Shown: piece by piece, positions 63,458 to 64,000 of the stretch | How the letters are laid out: every line of letters starts with the position of its first letter | Numbering within the stretch: position 1 is the first letter of the stretch | From: Chara braunii | Taxonomy: Eukaryota > Plantae > Charophyceae | Length of the DNA: 64,000 nucleotides | Reading direction: 5' to 3' | Assembly (NCBI GenBank): GCA_003427395.1 | Contig: BFEA01000032.1 | Location: 3,155,454-3,219,453, forward strand | Notes under the pieces: model-generated | What the model was told of the DNA's origin: nothing | Seen by the model: only the letters and a program-made list of their open reading frames with translations | The model's database searches: none | Program-made: the position numbers and the translations under genes

Positions 63458-64000
63458 GATTGGATCCAGTCAGTGATGCAAAGATGAGTTGGGGCAACTA
63501 CCATCATTTGGCGAGACATTGGAGTTGAGTCTCATGGTGATTTGTCATCTTCTGTGTTGGCGACAGTGAAGGTGGTAGTGACAAGTGTGTGGCTAGAGGT
63601 ATTGGACAGAGGGTGATGCACTTCTGCTCAGGGTTGCACATAAGTGAGTGACGATTCCTACTCAGAGGCCTCGAAGGCTTTGAGGAGGCTAATTTTAGCC
63701 TTGCGATTCATCTGAGATTGGCGATTTGCAAGGAAGTGACCCCCAAAGTGTTGCGATTTTGGGACTGGGTCAGGATCCCCATTTTCCAAGCAGCGCATTG
63801 CAGGTTGGGGCAGCGTTGAACTGAGTTTCTCAGTTATTGGCATTCGGGAGTCCGGATTCACTGAATCTGTCAGTTGGGGGTGAAGCGCAACAGAGAGATC
63901 TACAGGATCACCAAGTTTAAGAGAATTTTGTATGTGGGAACACTGGGAATAGTCAGGAGAAGAAACTGGCGAGATGGGTTTCAGGAGAGCCATAGCCAGA

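Overview
Eukaryotic, repeat-dominated window with two assembly gaps (44521-45067, 50558-51181). The plant-type snRNA fragments and repeat style suggest a streptophyte, possibly a charophyte alga such as Chara (inference only). Most of the window is nested, decayed transposable elements: (1) a chromodomain-bearing Ty3/Gypsy element split by a 5'-truncated L1/Tx1-like LINE; (2) a second LINE with a sister copy inserted in its own 3' UTR; (3) a second Gypsy pol with a PHD-type zinc finger between RNase H and integrase; (4) a hAT transposon with both ends present (8-bp TSD CCTATAGG) whose transposase carries a ~480-bp internal inverted duplication; (5) several MITEs, microsatellites and a (CTACT)n satellite; (6) a 5' LTR with a tRNA-iMet PBS at the right end. 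One likely host gene first exon is visible (27265-27789, minus). The most striking unexplained signal is the density of spliceosomal snRNA-derived sequence. There are four dispersed U6 copies (three with A-rich tails and/or candidate target-site duplications, two arranged head-to-head), two U6 5' fragments in tandem units of an LTR-like region, and one U2 5' fragment. This points to LINE-driven snRNA retroposition or a U6-derived SINE-like family. All identifications are by eye; no database searches were run.
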